From NCBI RefSeq assembly GCF_018350175.1, contig NC_058368.1:202122001-202186000 (forward strand): a DNA stretch of 64,000 nt, read 5' to 3'. The notes under the pieces are model-generated. The model ran no database searches, had not been told where the DNA came from, and saw only the letters and a list, made by a program, of their open reading frames with translations. The stretch is from Felis catus. Its lineage: Eukaryota. A program made the position numbers and the translations under genes. Below, in pieces: positions 49,337-61,440 of the stretch (position 1 is its first letter; every line of letters begins with the position of its first letter).

Positions 49337-49453
49337 ATCCTAAGCAGGCTCCATGCCCAATGTGGAAGCAGGCTTGATCCCTCGACCCTGGGATCATTAC
49401 CCAAGCTGAAATCAACAGTCAGGTGCTCAACTGACTGAGCCACCCAGGTGCTC
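49213..49453 (-). mobile_element. CAN-SINE inserted in an L2 3' end
   Basis: TSD ggtttggcacataatatt; the L2 tail (gaat)n follows at 49488-49512. Confidence 0.9.
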
Positions 49454-50252
49454 TGGTTTGGCACATAATATTTAAATCAAATGTTTGCTGAATGAATGAA
49501 ATGAATGAATAAATGTCTCCCCTTCCACTCCTCCATATTATAGTTATTTTATTAATGGATTTTTGTATTTTTAAAGGTGTTAAAACAGGGTGGTAGAATT
49601 TTAAGACTGTGCATTTTAAGCCTGGGTCAGACTTGGATCTGAGTTACTCAGGGAGTTTTAATAAATTGGGATATGGGAGCCCAATATGTAAAGAGAGACC
49701 AGTATTACCCAGGATTAGGACTCAAGGAAAATAAGCATTAATAACTATCATTAGGATTCTAATGTTCTCTTAAAAAGAGGTTTTATTCCATATTAATTTT
49801 AAAAATAAACTTTGAAATTTAGAATAGCTTTAGATTTACAGAAAGAATGTGAAGTTAGTACAGAGAGTTCCTGTATATATCACACCCAGTATCTATCTGC
49901 TTTATTAATACCTTCCATTAGTGTGGTACATTTGTCATACAACTGGTGAACCAATATAAATACATTATCATTAACTAAAGACCATATGTGCAACTGTTAT
50001 AAGCATTTGCATGTATGTGTCTGTGTGGAGGTACATGTGTAAGTCATTTGGATAAATACGTAAGAGTACAGTTGCTGGATTCCATGGTAAGACTACATTT
50101 AGCTTTGTAAGACGCTGCCAAACGGTCCTCCAGATGGTTCCAACAAGCAGTGAATGAGAGTTCCTGTTGCTTCATATCTTTGTCATCAGTTGGCATTGTC
50201 AGGTTTTGGATTTTAGGCATTTTGATAGGTATGTAAGGGTATCTCATTGTGT

Positions 50253-50473
50253 TATTATTTAAAAAAATAAAGTGTATTTTATTTTTGAGAGAGAGAATGA
50301 ACGAGCATGAGTGAGGTAAGGGCAGAGAGAGAGAGGGAGAAAGAGAGAATTCCAAACAGGCTCTGTGCTTCAGTGCAGAGCCAGATGCAGGGCTCGAACC
50401 CACGGACCATGAGATCACGACCTGAACAGAGATCAAGAGTCAAGCTCAACTGACTGAGCCACCCAGGTACCCC
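50253..50473 (-). mobile_element. CAN-SINE
   Basis: TSD gtatctcattgt. Confidence 0.9.
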
Positions 50474-50911
50474 ATGTATCTCATTGTTTTAATTTAAATA
50501 TCTTTAATGAGAAATGATGTTGAGTACGTTTTCATATGCTTATTTATCATTTGTATATATTCTTTGGTGAGGGATCTGTTCAGGTCTTTTGCTTAATTTT
50601 TAATCACATTCATTTTTTTGTTGGGTTCTAAGAGTTCTTTCTGTATTTTGGGATAATAGTCCTTTATCACATGTCTTTTGAAAATATTGTCTCTAGTCCA
50701 TAGTTTGTCTTATTTCATTCTCTTAACAGTGTCTTTTACAGGGCAGAAGTTTTTGATTTTAAAAAAGTCCAATTCATCTGTTTTTATGGATCATACTTTG
50801 GTATTATATTTAAAAACTCATCCCCAAACAGGTTTATATAGATTTTCTCCTATATTTTCTTCTAGAAGTTCTACAATTTTGCATTTTATGTTAGGTCTGT
50901 GATTCATTCTG

Positions 50912-50912
<1 letters not shown>

Positions 50913-50955
<43 letters not shown>
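50913..50955. repeat. (TG)n microsatellite
   Basis: About 21 TG units. Confidence 0.95.
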
Positions 50956-50959
<4 letters not shown>

Positions 50960-51403
50960 AATATATAAGGTTTCTATCTAGGTTATTTATTTTTCCATAT
51001 GAACATCCAGTTGTTTTAGTACCATTTATTGAAAAGACTATTCTTTATCCATTGAACTGTCTTTGGATCTTTGGGAAAAAATCGGTTGTATAATTGTGGG
51101 GATTGATTTCTGGATTCTCCATTTGTTCTATTCATGTACATGCTTAAAAAAAACAGTATCATGCCTTGATTACTGTGGATTAAAATGATTCTTGAAATCA
51201 GGTAATGTGAGTCCTTCAAATTTGTTCTTCTTCGGTATTGGGTTAACTATTTTAAGACATTTGTTTTCCATATACATTTGAGAATCAGCTTGCTGATATC
51301 TACAAAATAGTTTGCTGAGATTTTGATTAGAATTGCTGATACCTTAACACTACTGAAACTTTCAGTCCATGAACACAAAATATTTGTTTATTTACATCTT
51401 TCA

Positions 51404-51466
51404 TTTTTTTAAGTTTATTTATTTATTTTGGAGAGAGAGAGAACACACGCTTGCAAGCAGGAGAGG

Positions 51467-51515
<49 letters not shown>

Positions 51516-51654
51516 AGACAGAGAGAATCCTAGGCAGGCTCTGCACTGTTAGCAAAGAGAGCGATGTGGGGCTTGAACCCTCAAACTGTGAGATCATGAC
51601 CTAACCTGAAATCAAGAGTCGGATGCTTAACCAGTTGAGCTATCCAGGAGTCCC
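51404..51654 (-). mobile_element. CAN-SINE
   Basis: TSD tttcatttttt. Confidence 0.9.
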
Positions 51655-51789
51655 TTTTTTCATTTTTTTAAATTAGTGTTTTGCGGTTTTCTGCATATAG
51701 ATTTTATATTATTTTGTTAGATTTACCCTTAAGTATTTCATATATTGGTACTATTGTAAATGGCTTTTTATTTAAAATTCCAATTTTTA

Positions 51790-51821
51790 GTGCTCGCTTC
51801 GGCAGCACATATACTAAAATT
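51790..51821 (+). pseudogene. RNU6: 3'-truncated U6 snRNA retropseudogene (U6 nt 1-32)
   Basis: GTGCTCGCTTCGGCAGCACATATACTAAAATT is the 5' end of U6; direct repeat taaaattccaattttta at 51773-51789 and 51815-51831. Confidence 0.95.
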
Positions 51822-52088
51822 CCAATTTTTATAGGAAAACAATTGACTTGCATACTATTCTTTTATCTTGAGAACTTTCTATATACATGCTTATTAGTTG
51901 CAGAAGGTGTTTTTGATAGATTCTTTGGGATTTTCTATGTAAAGAGCCAAGTCATGTGAAATAAAGACAATTTTATTTCCTACTTTCTAATATGTTTTCT
52001 TTCTTCTGCCTGCCTCCCTCTCTCTTAACTGCATTAACTGAAACTCCTAGTACAGTGTCAAACAGGAGAGGTAAGAGGGGATATCCTT

Positions 52089-52310
52089 GGGGCGCCTGGG
52101 TGGCGCAGTCGGTTAAGCGTCTGACTTCAGCCAGGTCACGATCTCGCGGTCCGTGAGTTCGAGCCCCGCGTCAGGCTCTGGGCTGATGGCTCAGAGCCTG
52201 GAGCCTGTTTCTGATTCTGTGTCTCCCTCTCTCTCTGCCCCTCCCCCATTCATGCTCTGTCTCTCTCTGTCCCAAAAATAAATAAACGTTGAAAAAAAAA
52301 TTTAAAAAAA
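52089..52310 (+). mobile_element. Very young CAN-SINE
   Basis: ggggcgcctgggtggcgcagtcgg head, CpGs mostly intact; TSD aggggatatcctt. Confidence 0.97.
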
Positions 52311-54639
52311 AGGGGATATCCTTCCATTTTTGACAATCTTTTTTAAAAATTTAAATCCAAGTCAGTTAACATATAGTGTAATAATGATTTCAGAAATAGA
52401 ATTTAGTGATTCATCATTTGCATATAACACCCAGTGCTCCTCCCAGCAAGTGTTATCTTTAATACCCATCGCCCATTGCCCATTTATCCTATTCCCCCAC
52501 ACAACACCTCTCCAGCAACCCTCAGTGTGTTCTCTGTATTTAAGAGTCTCTTATGGTTTGTCTCCTTCTCTGTTTATATCTTATTTTTGTTTCCCATTCT
52601 GTATGTTCATCTGTTTTGTTTCTTAAATTTCACATTTGTCTTTTTCACTGACTTATTTTGCTTAGCATAATGCACTCTAGTTCCATCCATGTTGTTGGAA
52701 ATGGCAAGATCTCATTGATTTTGATTGCTGAGTAATACTCCATTGTATATATATTCCCCATCTTCTTTATCCATTCATCCATTGATGGACATTTGGTCTC
52801 TTTCCATACTTTGGCTATTGTCGATAGCGTTGCTATAAACATTGGGGTGCATGTGCACCTTCGAAAACACACCTGTATCCCTTGGGTAAATGCCTAGTAG
52901 TGTAATTGCTGGGTCGTAGGGTAGTTCTATTTTTAATTTTTTGAGGAGCCTACATAGTGTTTTCAGAGTGGTTGCACCAGTTTGCATTTCCACCAGTAGG
53001 GTGCAGAAGCGTTCCTCTTTCTCTGCATCCTTGGCAACATCTGTTGTTGCCTGAGTTGTTAATTTTAGCCATTCTGACAGGTATGATGTGATATATCATT
53101 GTGGCTTTGATTTGAATTTCTCTGATGATGAGTGATGTTGAGCATTTTTTCATGTATTGGTTGGCCATCTGGATGTCTTCTTTGGAGAAGTGTCTATTCA
53201 TGTCTTTTGCCCATTTCTTCACTGGATTATTTGCTTTTTGGGTGTTGAGTTTGATAAGTTCTTTATAGATTTTGGATACTAACCCTTTATCTACGTTTAC
53301 AAATACCTTCTCTTCTCCCATTCTGTCAGTTGCCTTTTAGTTTTGCTGATTGTTTCCTGTGCTGTGCAGAATCTTTTTATCTCAATGAGGTCCCAGTAGT
53401 TTATTTTTGCTTTTGTTTCCCTTGCCTCAGGAGACATGTCAAGAAAGAAGTTGCTGCGGCCAAGGTCAAAGAGATCGCTACCTTTCTTCTCCTCTAGGAT
53501 TATGATGGCTTCCTGTCTTACATTTCATCCATTTTGAGTTTATTTTGTGTATGGTGTAAGAAAGTGGTCCAGGTTTATTCTTCTGCATGCCACTGTCCAG
53601 TTTTCCCAACACCATTTGCTGAAGAGACCGTCTTTTTTCCATTGGATATTCTTTCCTCCTTTGTCAAAAATTAGTTGGCCATATGTTTGTGTGTCCATTT
53701 CTGGGTTCTCTATTCTGTTCCATTGATCTATGTGTCTGTTTTTGTACCAGTACCATACTGTCTTGATGATTACAGCTTTGTAATGCAGCTTGAAGTTTAG
53801 AATTGTGATTTCTCCAGCTGTGGTTTTCTTTTTCAACATTACTTTGACTATTCAGGATCTTTTATGGTTCCATACAAATTTTAGAATTGTTTCTTCTAGC
53901 TCTGTGAAGAATGCTAGTGTTATTTTGATAGGGATTTTATTGAATATGTAGATTGCTTTGGGTAGTATTGACATTTTAACAATATTCTTCAAATCCATGT
54001 GCATGGAATGTTTTTCCATTTTTTAGGTCTTCTTCAGTTTCTTTCATAAGCTTTCTATAGTTTTCAGTGTATGGATTTTTCACCTCTTTGGTTAGGCTTA
54101 TTCCTAAGTATTTTATGGATTTGGTGCAATTATAATGGAATTGATTCCTTGATTTATTTTTCTGCTGCTTCATTATTGGTATATAGAAATGCAACCGATT
54201 TCTGTACGTTAATATTATACCCTGTGGCTTTGCTGAATTCACATCAGTTATAGCAGTGTTTTTGGTGGAGTCTTTTAGGTTTTCCACATAGAGTATCATG
54301 TCATCTGTGAAGAGTGAACATTTGACTTCCTCCTTGCCAATTTGGAGGACTTTTATTTCTTTTTGTTGTCCTGATTGCTGAGGCTAGGACTTCCAACACT
54401 ATGTTGGGTAACAGTGGTGAGAGTGGACATCCCTGTCATGTTCCTGACCTTAGTTGTTTCCCATTGAGGAGATATTAGATGTGGGTCTTTAATATATCAC
54501 CTTTATGATCTTGAAGTATGTTCCTTTTATCCCTACTTTCTTGAAGATTTTTTTTTATCAAGAAATGATGCTGTATTTTGTCAAATGCTTTTTCTGCATC
54601 TATTGAGAGGATCATGTGGTTCTTATCCTTTATTTTATT

Positions 54640-54866
54640 TTATTTAAAAAAAATTTTTTTTTTCAACGTTTATTTATTTTTGGGACAGAGAGAGACAGAG
54701 CATGAACGGGGGAGGGGCAGAGAGAGAGGGGGACACAGAATCGGAAACAGGCTCCAGGCTCTGAGCCATCAGCCCAGAGCCTGATGCGGGGCTCGAACTC
54801 CCGGACCGCGAGATCGTGACCTGGCTGAAGTCGGACGCTTAACCGACTGCGCCACCCAGGCGCCCC
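54640..54866 (-). mobile_element. Very young CAN-SINE inside L1 ORF2
   Basis: Perfect 16-bp TSD tatcctttattttatt at 54624-54639 and 54867-54882. Confidence 0.97.
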
Positions 54867-55870
54867 TATCCTTTATTTTATTGATGTGATGTTTCACGCT
54901 GGTTGATTTGCAGATATTGAACCAGACCATCGCAGGAATAAATCCCACTTGATCATGGTGAATAATTCTTCTTATGTATTATTGGATCTGGTTTGTTTGT
55001 GTCTTGTTGAGAATTTTTGCATCCATGTTCATCAGGGAAATTGGTCTGTAGTTCTCCTTTTTAGTGGGGTCTTTGTCTGGTTTTGGAATCAAGGTAATGA
55101 TGGCCTCATAGAATGAGTTTGGAAGTTTTCCTTCCATTTCTATTTTTTTTGGAATAGCTTCAAAAGACTAGGTGTCAACTCTTCTTTAAATATTTGGTAG
55201 AATTCTCCTGGAAAACCATCTGGCCCTGGACTCTTGTTTGTTAGGAGATTTTTGATTACTGATTCAATTTCTTTACTATTTATGGGTCTGTTCAAATTTT
55301 CTATTTCTTCCTGTTTCAGTTTTGGTAGTTTATATGTTTCTAGGAATTTGTGCATTTCTTCCATATTGCCCAATTTGTTGGCATATAATTGCTCATAATA
55401 TTCTCTTATTATTGTTTGTATTTCAGTAGTGTTGTTTGTGATCTGTCCTCTTTCATTCATGATTTTGTTTATTTGGTCCATTTCCTTTTTCTTTTTGATC
55501 AGTCTGGCTAGGGGTTTATCAATTTTGTTAATTCTTTCAAAGAACCAGCTCCTGGTTTCATTAATCAGTTCTACTCTTTTGTTTTTTTTCCCCAATATCA
55601 TTGATTTCTTCTCTAATCTTTATTACTTCCCTTTTTCTGCTGGTTTTGTGCTTTATTTGCTGTTCTTTTTCCAGCTCTTTTAGGTGTAAGTTTAGGTTGT
55701 GTATTTGAGACCTTTCTTCCTTCTTTAGGAAGGCCTGGATTGCTATATAGTTCTTTCTTATGACCACCTTTTTTGTTTCCCACAGTTTTGGACTGTCATG
55801 TTTTCATTTTCATTGGCTTCCATGTTGTTTTTAATTTCATCTTTAATATCTTGTGTAACCCATTCATTCT

Positions 55871-56286
55871 GTTTTTTTTACACTTTAAATATCTTTTATT
55901 TTTATTTGCTGACACCTCTCAATAAAGCTAAAGAGAGGGAAATTATCCATTTTCCCATGATATGAAATGCAAAGACATGTGTATAGCCATTTGCCATCTG
56001 ACTCTTCTTATGGTGGCTATTGCCTTACAGACTTTTTTTTTTAATTTTTAAATATAATTTATTGACAAATTGGTTTCTGTACAACACCCAGTGCTCATCC
56101 CAACAAGTGCCCTCTTTAATTCCCATCACCCACTCTCCCCTCTCCCCCACCCCCCATCAACCCTCAGTTTGTTCTCAGTATCCATGAGTCTTATGGTTTG
56201 CCTCCCGCCCTCTCTGTAACTTTTTTCCCCCTCCCTTCCCCCATGGTCTTCTGTTAAGTTTATCAAGATCCACTGATGAGTAAAAA
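55871..56286 (-). mobile_element. Short L1 3' UTR insertion carrying a 3' transduction
   Basis: L1 3' end 56033-56286 with poly-A, then unique 55880-56032 with AATAAA x2 and a second poly-A at 55872-55879. Confidence 0.8.
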
Positions 56287-57094
56287 TCCATTAATTATTT
56301 AGTAGGATGTTCTTTAATCTCCAAGTATTCATGGTCTTTCCAAATTTTTTCTTGTGGTTGATTTCGAGTGTCATAGCTGAGACTATGAAAGGTATGCTCT
56401 TGATCTTTTTATACTTATTGATTTGTGACCCAGTATGTGATCTCTTTTGGAAAATGTTCCATGTGCACTCGAGAAGAATATGTGTTTTGCTGTTTTAGGA
56501 TGAAATGTTCTGAAAATATCTTTTAAGTCCATTCGGTCCAGTGTGTCATTCAAAGCCATTGTTTCCTTGTTGATTTTCTGCTTAGCTGATCTGTTTATTG
56601 TTGTAAGTGGGGTATTAAAGTCCCCTACTCTTATGGTATTCTTATCAATGAGTTTCTTTATGTGTGTGATTAATTGATTTATATATTTGGGGCATAAATA
56701 TTTACAATTGTTGGGGGCATAAATATTTACAATTGTTAGATCTTCTTGGTGGATAGACCCCTAATTATGATACAATGCCCTTCTTCATCTCTTGATACAG
56801 TCTTTATTTTAAAATTTAGTTTGTCTGATGTAAGTATGGCTACTCCAACTTTCTTTTGATGACCATTAGCGTGATAGATGGTTCTCCATCCCCTTATTTT
56901 CAATCTACAGGTGTCGTTAGGTATAAAATGAGTCTCTTGTAAGCAGCATATAGATGGGTCTTGTTTTCTTATCCATTCTGATATCCTATGTCTTTTGATT
57001 AGAGCATTTAGTCCCTTTACATTTTGAAACATGAATTTAGTGCCATTGTGTTGCCTGTAGAGTTGGTGTCTCTGGTGATGTGCTCTGGTCTTTT

Positions 57095-58030
57095 CTAGTC
57101 TTTATTGCTTTTGGTCTTTTTTGTTTTGTTTTGTCTTTTCTCTCCTCAAAGAGTCCCCCTTAAAATTTCTTGCAGGGCTGGTTCAGTGGTTACAAACTCC
57201 TTTAGTTTTTGTGTCTGGGAAACTTTTTATATCTCCTTCTATTTTGAATGACAGCCTTGCTGGATAAAGAATTCTTGGCTGCGTATTTTTCTGATTCAGT
57301 GCATTGAATATATGCTGCCACTCATTTCTGGCCTGCCAAGCTTCTATGGATAGGTCAGCTATGAGCCTTACCTGTCTTCCCTAATAGGTTAAGGACTTTT
57401 TTTCCCTTGTTGCTTTCATAATTATTTCCTTTTCTGTGTATTTTGTTAATTTTACTATGATAGGCCTTGGTAATGGTCGTTTTTGTTTAATGTAATGGGA
57501 GTTCTCTGTGTTTCTTGGATTTTGATGTCTGTGTCCTCCCCAGATGAGGAAAGTTTTCTGTAATTTGCTCACTTAAACCTTCTGCCCCTGTTTCTCTATC
57601 TACATCTTCTGGGAGTCCTATGATTCAGATGTTATTCCTTTTTAATAAGTTACTGAGTTCTCTGAGTCTTCTAGTGTGCTCTTTTGCCTTTGTCTCCCTT
57701 TTTTTTCTGCTTCGTAATTCTGCATAATTTTATTTTCTGTATTGCTGAATCACCTATCTGATTCATCCATTGTTGCTGTCATGGTATCCATTTGGTTTTG
57801 CATCTCAGTTATAGCATTTTTTATTTCAACCTGAGTAGATTTTATTTCTTTTATTTTTGCATATAGGGATTCTCTGGTGTCTTCTATGCTCTTTTCAATC
57901 CCAGCTAGTATTCTTATTATCATGTTTCTAAATTGTAGTTCAGACTCTTACTTATATCTGTGTTGATTAAGTCCCTGGCTATTATTTCAACCTGTTCTTT
58001 CTTTTAGGGTTAATTCCTTTGTTTAGTCAT
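57095..58030 (-). pseudogene. L1 ORF1, disrupted
   Basis: PRPIIVKLTKYTEKEIIMKATREKKSLTY ORF1-like peptide. Confidence 0.85.
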
Positions 58031-60384
58031 TTTGAAGAAAGAAAAACATTACTAAAATAAAAAGAAAAAATTAAAAAATTAAAAGAAACAAAAAATCAAA
58101 TAAAGGAAGCTTGATCCTAGGTGTGTTTCAGTCTGCTTGTTGAAAGAAGCTTTATAAAATAGAGAAAAATGGGAATGGAAAATAAAAAGGATATGAAAAA
58201 ATTTAAAAATTAAAAAAATATATAATAAAATTAGAATAAAATAAGGAAAATGAAATAGAATAAAAACTTAAAGTAAAATTTTTTTTTCTCTTTCTGTATT
58301 TAAGAAACAGAAAGAAAAAACAAACAATTTAAGCAAAAACATAGGCAAAGGGAACAAACAAATAAATGAACCAGCAAACAGAAGGAAACCCAAAGGAAGT
58401 TACATCCAGTTTACCCTAGAATTGAAACTATGAAACACTCTATTGTCCATACACTAAGCAGGTGGAGTGACTTGTGCTGGTCTCCTGGGGGATGTGCTTG
58501 GAGGGTGCAGTTGGGCAGGGCTTGGTATAATGGTTCTGTTATCTGCTAGGTGGTGCTGGTTAGCTTAGCTTATTGGGGTGGATCAGTGTGTGTGCACTCG
58601 TGTGGGAGAGGTGGAAATGGCTTCACCCAGCTTCCTAGTCTCTGGCACAGGAACTTTGCCCTCACCTACCTGCAGTCAATCATCCTTCTTTTGTCTCAGA
58701 CCTCTGTCAACTCCCCACCTCTGCCCTGTCTGTGCCTAAGCTGTTATCCATCCAGAGTTTTATCTTAGATGGGGATGTGTTTCAAAACCCCACACTTCGG
58801 AGACCCCCGTGCCTTAGACCCATGCCAACTCTTTTGGGGAAGGTCTTGCTGAGCAATGGCTGGGTGCTGGCTTGCCCCAGAAAATGTTTGCGTGCTGATG
58901 CAGTGATAGAGGTTCATAGATTATGGCAAATCAAAACATGCTACCAGCACCCGGTTTTGCTGTACCCTGGCATTTTGTCCCAATACCAGTAATACCACTA
59001 CCCAATACCTGCTCTCTGGGTTTCACTGGGATCTTTGCCCGTGGGGAGGCCATATGGCCTGTACCAAATGCACTCCAATCAGGGGAACCACTTCTCCCTG
59101 TGTGGCACATGGACCCTCAGACCCTGCTGCCTGCTCCTGGGGACTCACTCTGCTTTCTCACCAGAGCACTGCCAGGTACTTAGTTCCAGAACTTCAGATT
59201 CTGTGCTCCACTGTTTATAGAATCCTGGTGGTATTAAAACCCTCCCCTTTCTCCTGTCAGTGGTTTTGGGGAACAGATTTTCTTGTTTAGTCTCCTGAGT
59301 GTGCTTTCACTCTGTCTCTTTCTCTTCAGCTACTTTCTGGGGGAGTACTTTTCTTGCATGATCCCGATGCACCGCACTCTACCCCTTTCTTTTTATCTCT
59401 GTCCTCTCTCTCTGAAAATGGCTCCCTACCCTCTGTGGTTTTTCTCTTCCTCCAGTTCATTCTTTGCACTGCATACCTGATCAGTTCTGTGTCTCAAGTT
59501 ATGCCGTTTGTTGGGTTAATCCTCAGATCAATTTCCTAGGTGTTTTAAATGGTTTGGTGCTGATACAGCTGTGTTTCAGGGATGAGAAAAGCTCAGGGTC
59601 TCCATACTCCTCCACCATCTTAACTCCTCCCCTTGCATTTTTGTCAATCTTAAAGGGCTTATGTTGCGTTTTTTCTCTTAAGTATGATGTTAACTATAGG
59701 TATTTTTGTAGATTTTTTTAATCAAATTGTACAAATGCCCCTCTATTACTAGTTTGTTGAGAGGTTTTTTTTTTTTCATGATTGAGTGTTACAACTTGTC
59801 TAATCATTTTTATTTGTCAATTTATGTAAATGAATATTTTTTCTTCTTTAGCTTGTTGATGTGGTGGTTTACATTGGTTCATTTTTGAATGTTGAACCAG
59901 CCTCGAATACCTTAAATAAATCTCACATGGCTGTGGTCTATGATTCTTTTTATATCGATGTATTCAATTTTGTAATATTTTAACATTAATATATGTTCAT
60001 GATGGATATTGATTGTAGTTTTTGTTGTAATGTGTTTGTCTAGTTTTGCCATTAGGGTAAATTTGTCTCAGAATGAGCTGGAACATGTTCCCTCTACTTG
60101 TATTTTCTAGAAGAGATTGCAGGGAATTAGTGTTATTTCTTTCTTAAATATTTAGTAGAATTCAGTAGTAAAACCATCTGTATCTGGTGTTTTATTTGTG
60201 GAAGTTTATTAATAATTGATTTAATTTCCTTGACAGATACAGGCCTATTCAGATTATCTATTTTATCTTTTGTGTGAAATACTTTTGTTATTTTGAGTCT
60301 TTCAGGGAATTTGTCTATTTTATCTGAGTTATCAAGTTTTAGGCAGAATTATTTGTAGAATTGTTTATTACCCATTTTTTAAAA

Positions 60385-61040
60385 CAGACTTTTCTTTTTT
60401 AGGGTAGTTTAGCATTCACAATGAAACTTGAGCAGAAAATAGAGTTCTTGTATACTCTCTGTCCTGCATGGACTCCCTGACTTTCCACATCCCCCACTAG
60501 AGTGGTATACTTGTTAAAATTGATGAACCAACACTGACACATCATTATTGCATTAAGTTCATAGCTTATACTAGGTTCACTCTTGGTGTGCATTGTATGG
60601 GTTTTGACAAATGGATAATAACATTTGTCATTCACCAATTTAGTAACATACAGAGAAGTTTCAGTTGTCCTGAAAAATCTCTTGTGTTCTGCCTATTCTC
60701 TCCTTCCCCACCTAATTATTGGCAGTTACAGTCTCCATGGTTTTGCCTTTTACATAATGTCATATAGTTGGAATAATGCAGTATGTACTCTTTTCGAACT
60801 GGGTTCTGTCACTTAAATTTATGCATTTAAATTTCCTCTATTGCTCTTCATGGCTTGATAGCACATTTCTTTTTAGCAGTTAATAATATTCCATTAGCTG
60901 GACGTTTATCCATAGTTTATCCATTCTCCTGCAGAACAACATCTTGTATGATTTGAAGTTTTGTCGATTAAGAAAAAAGTTACTGTAAGCACCCATGTGT
61001 GGGTTTTTGTGTGGTTATACGTTTTATACTGTTTTGTACA
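60385..61040 (-). mobile_element. Old LINE-1 3' end (L1MC-like)
   Basis: aattgatgaaccaacactgacacatcatt...tagcttatactaggttcactcttggtg. Confidence 0.8.
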
Positions 61041-61363
61041 TTTCATACAGTGTATAAAGAGATCACATAAAAAGTACAGGAGCTTGTGGATTGGGATGAT
61101 TCTAACAATAATATCCAAATGACCTCAATGTACACTGGGGGTTAGGGAAATTGAACACTGCATTTGCCAAAGTATTTTATTTTGATTATGTCACTGGGAG
61201 TAGTTATGTGGATGTGTGCTAATGTTCAGTCCCTGAAAACAATACAATTATACATAAATTATAGAATAGATATTGCATCATCATGATCATGATCATGATC
61301 TTATAATCATTATCACAGGTAACATGTTTGAGGGCTTGCTATGGACAATCTTCTTCTGTCCTT

Positions 61364-61440
61364 TCCTCTCCTCTCCTCTCCTCTCCTCTCCTCTCCTCTC
61401 CTCTCCTCTCCTCTCCTCTCCTTTCCTTTCCTTTCCTTTC
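61364..61440. repeat. (CTCCT)n/(CTTTC)n pentanucleotide repeat inside a MIR relic
   Basis: Direct inspection. Confidence 0.9.

Larger units (their letters stand above)
52640..57046 (-). pseudogene. L1 ORF2 (endonuclease/reverse transcriptase), disrupted
   Basis: EN motif ICCLQETHF, RT motifs [14 protein letters not shown] and [12 protein letters not shown]-terminal WMELECIMLS; many frameshifts and stops plus two insertions. Confidence 0.93.
52341..59630 (-). mobile_element. Full-length but inactivated carnivore LINE-1
   Basis: 5' end GGAGGAGTTAAGATGG at 59630; ORF1 ATG about 58030; ORF2 ATG about 57046; 21-bp TSD with 2 mismatches at 52320-52340 and 59631-59651. Confidence 0.96.
49795..60375 (-). 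mobile_element. Old LINE-1 (L1M-type) host element split by later insertions
   Basis: 3' end ttagaatagctttagatttacagaaa at about 49820; ORF2-like antisense sequence continues to 52340 and resumes at 59631. Confidence 0.8.

Noticed and set aside
51790..51821. Functional U6 gene
   Set aside because: Only 32 of about 107 nt; no ACAGAGA box, and it sits inside an old L1 with no evident U6 promoter.
56686..56737. 26-bp tandem duplication in the L1 EN region; similar short duplications at 33711-33754 and 61621-61680
   Set aside because: Ordinary slippage duplications in neutral DNA.
52645..57572. ORFs with endonuclease and reverse transcriptase motifs as a functional gene
   Set aside because: They are fragments of a frameshifted L1 interrupted by two insertions.
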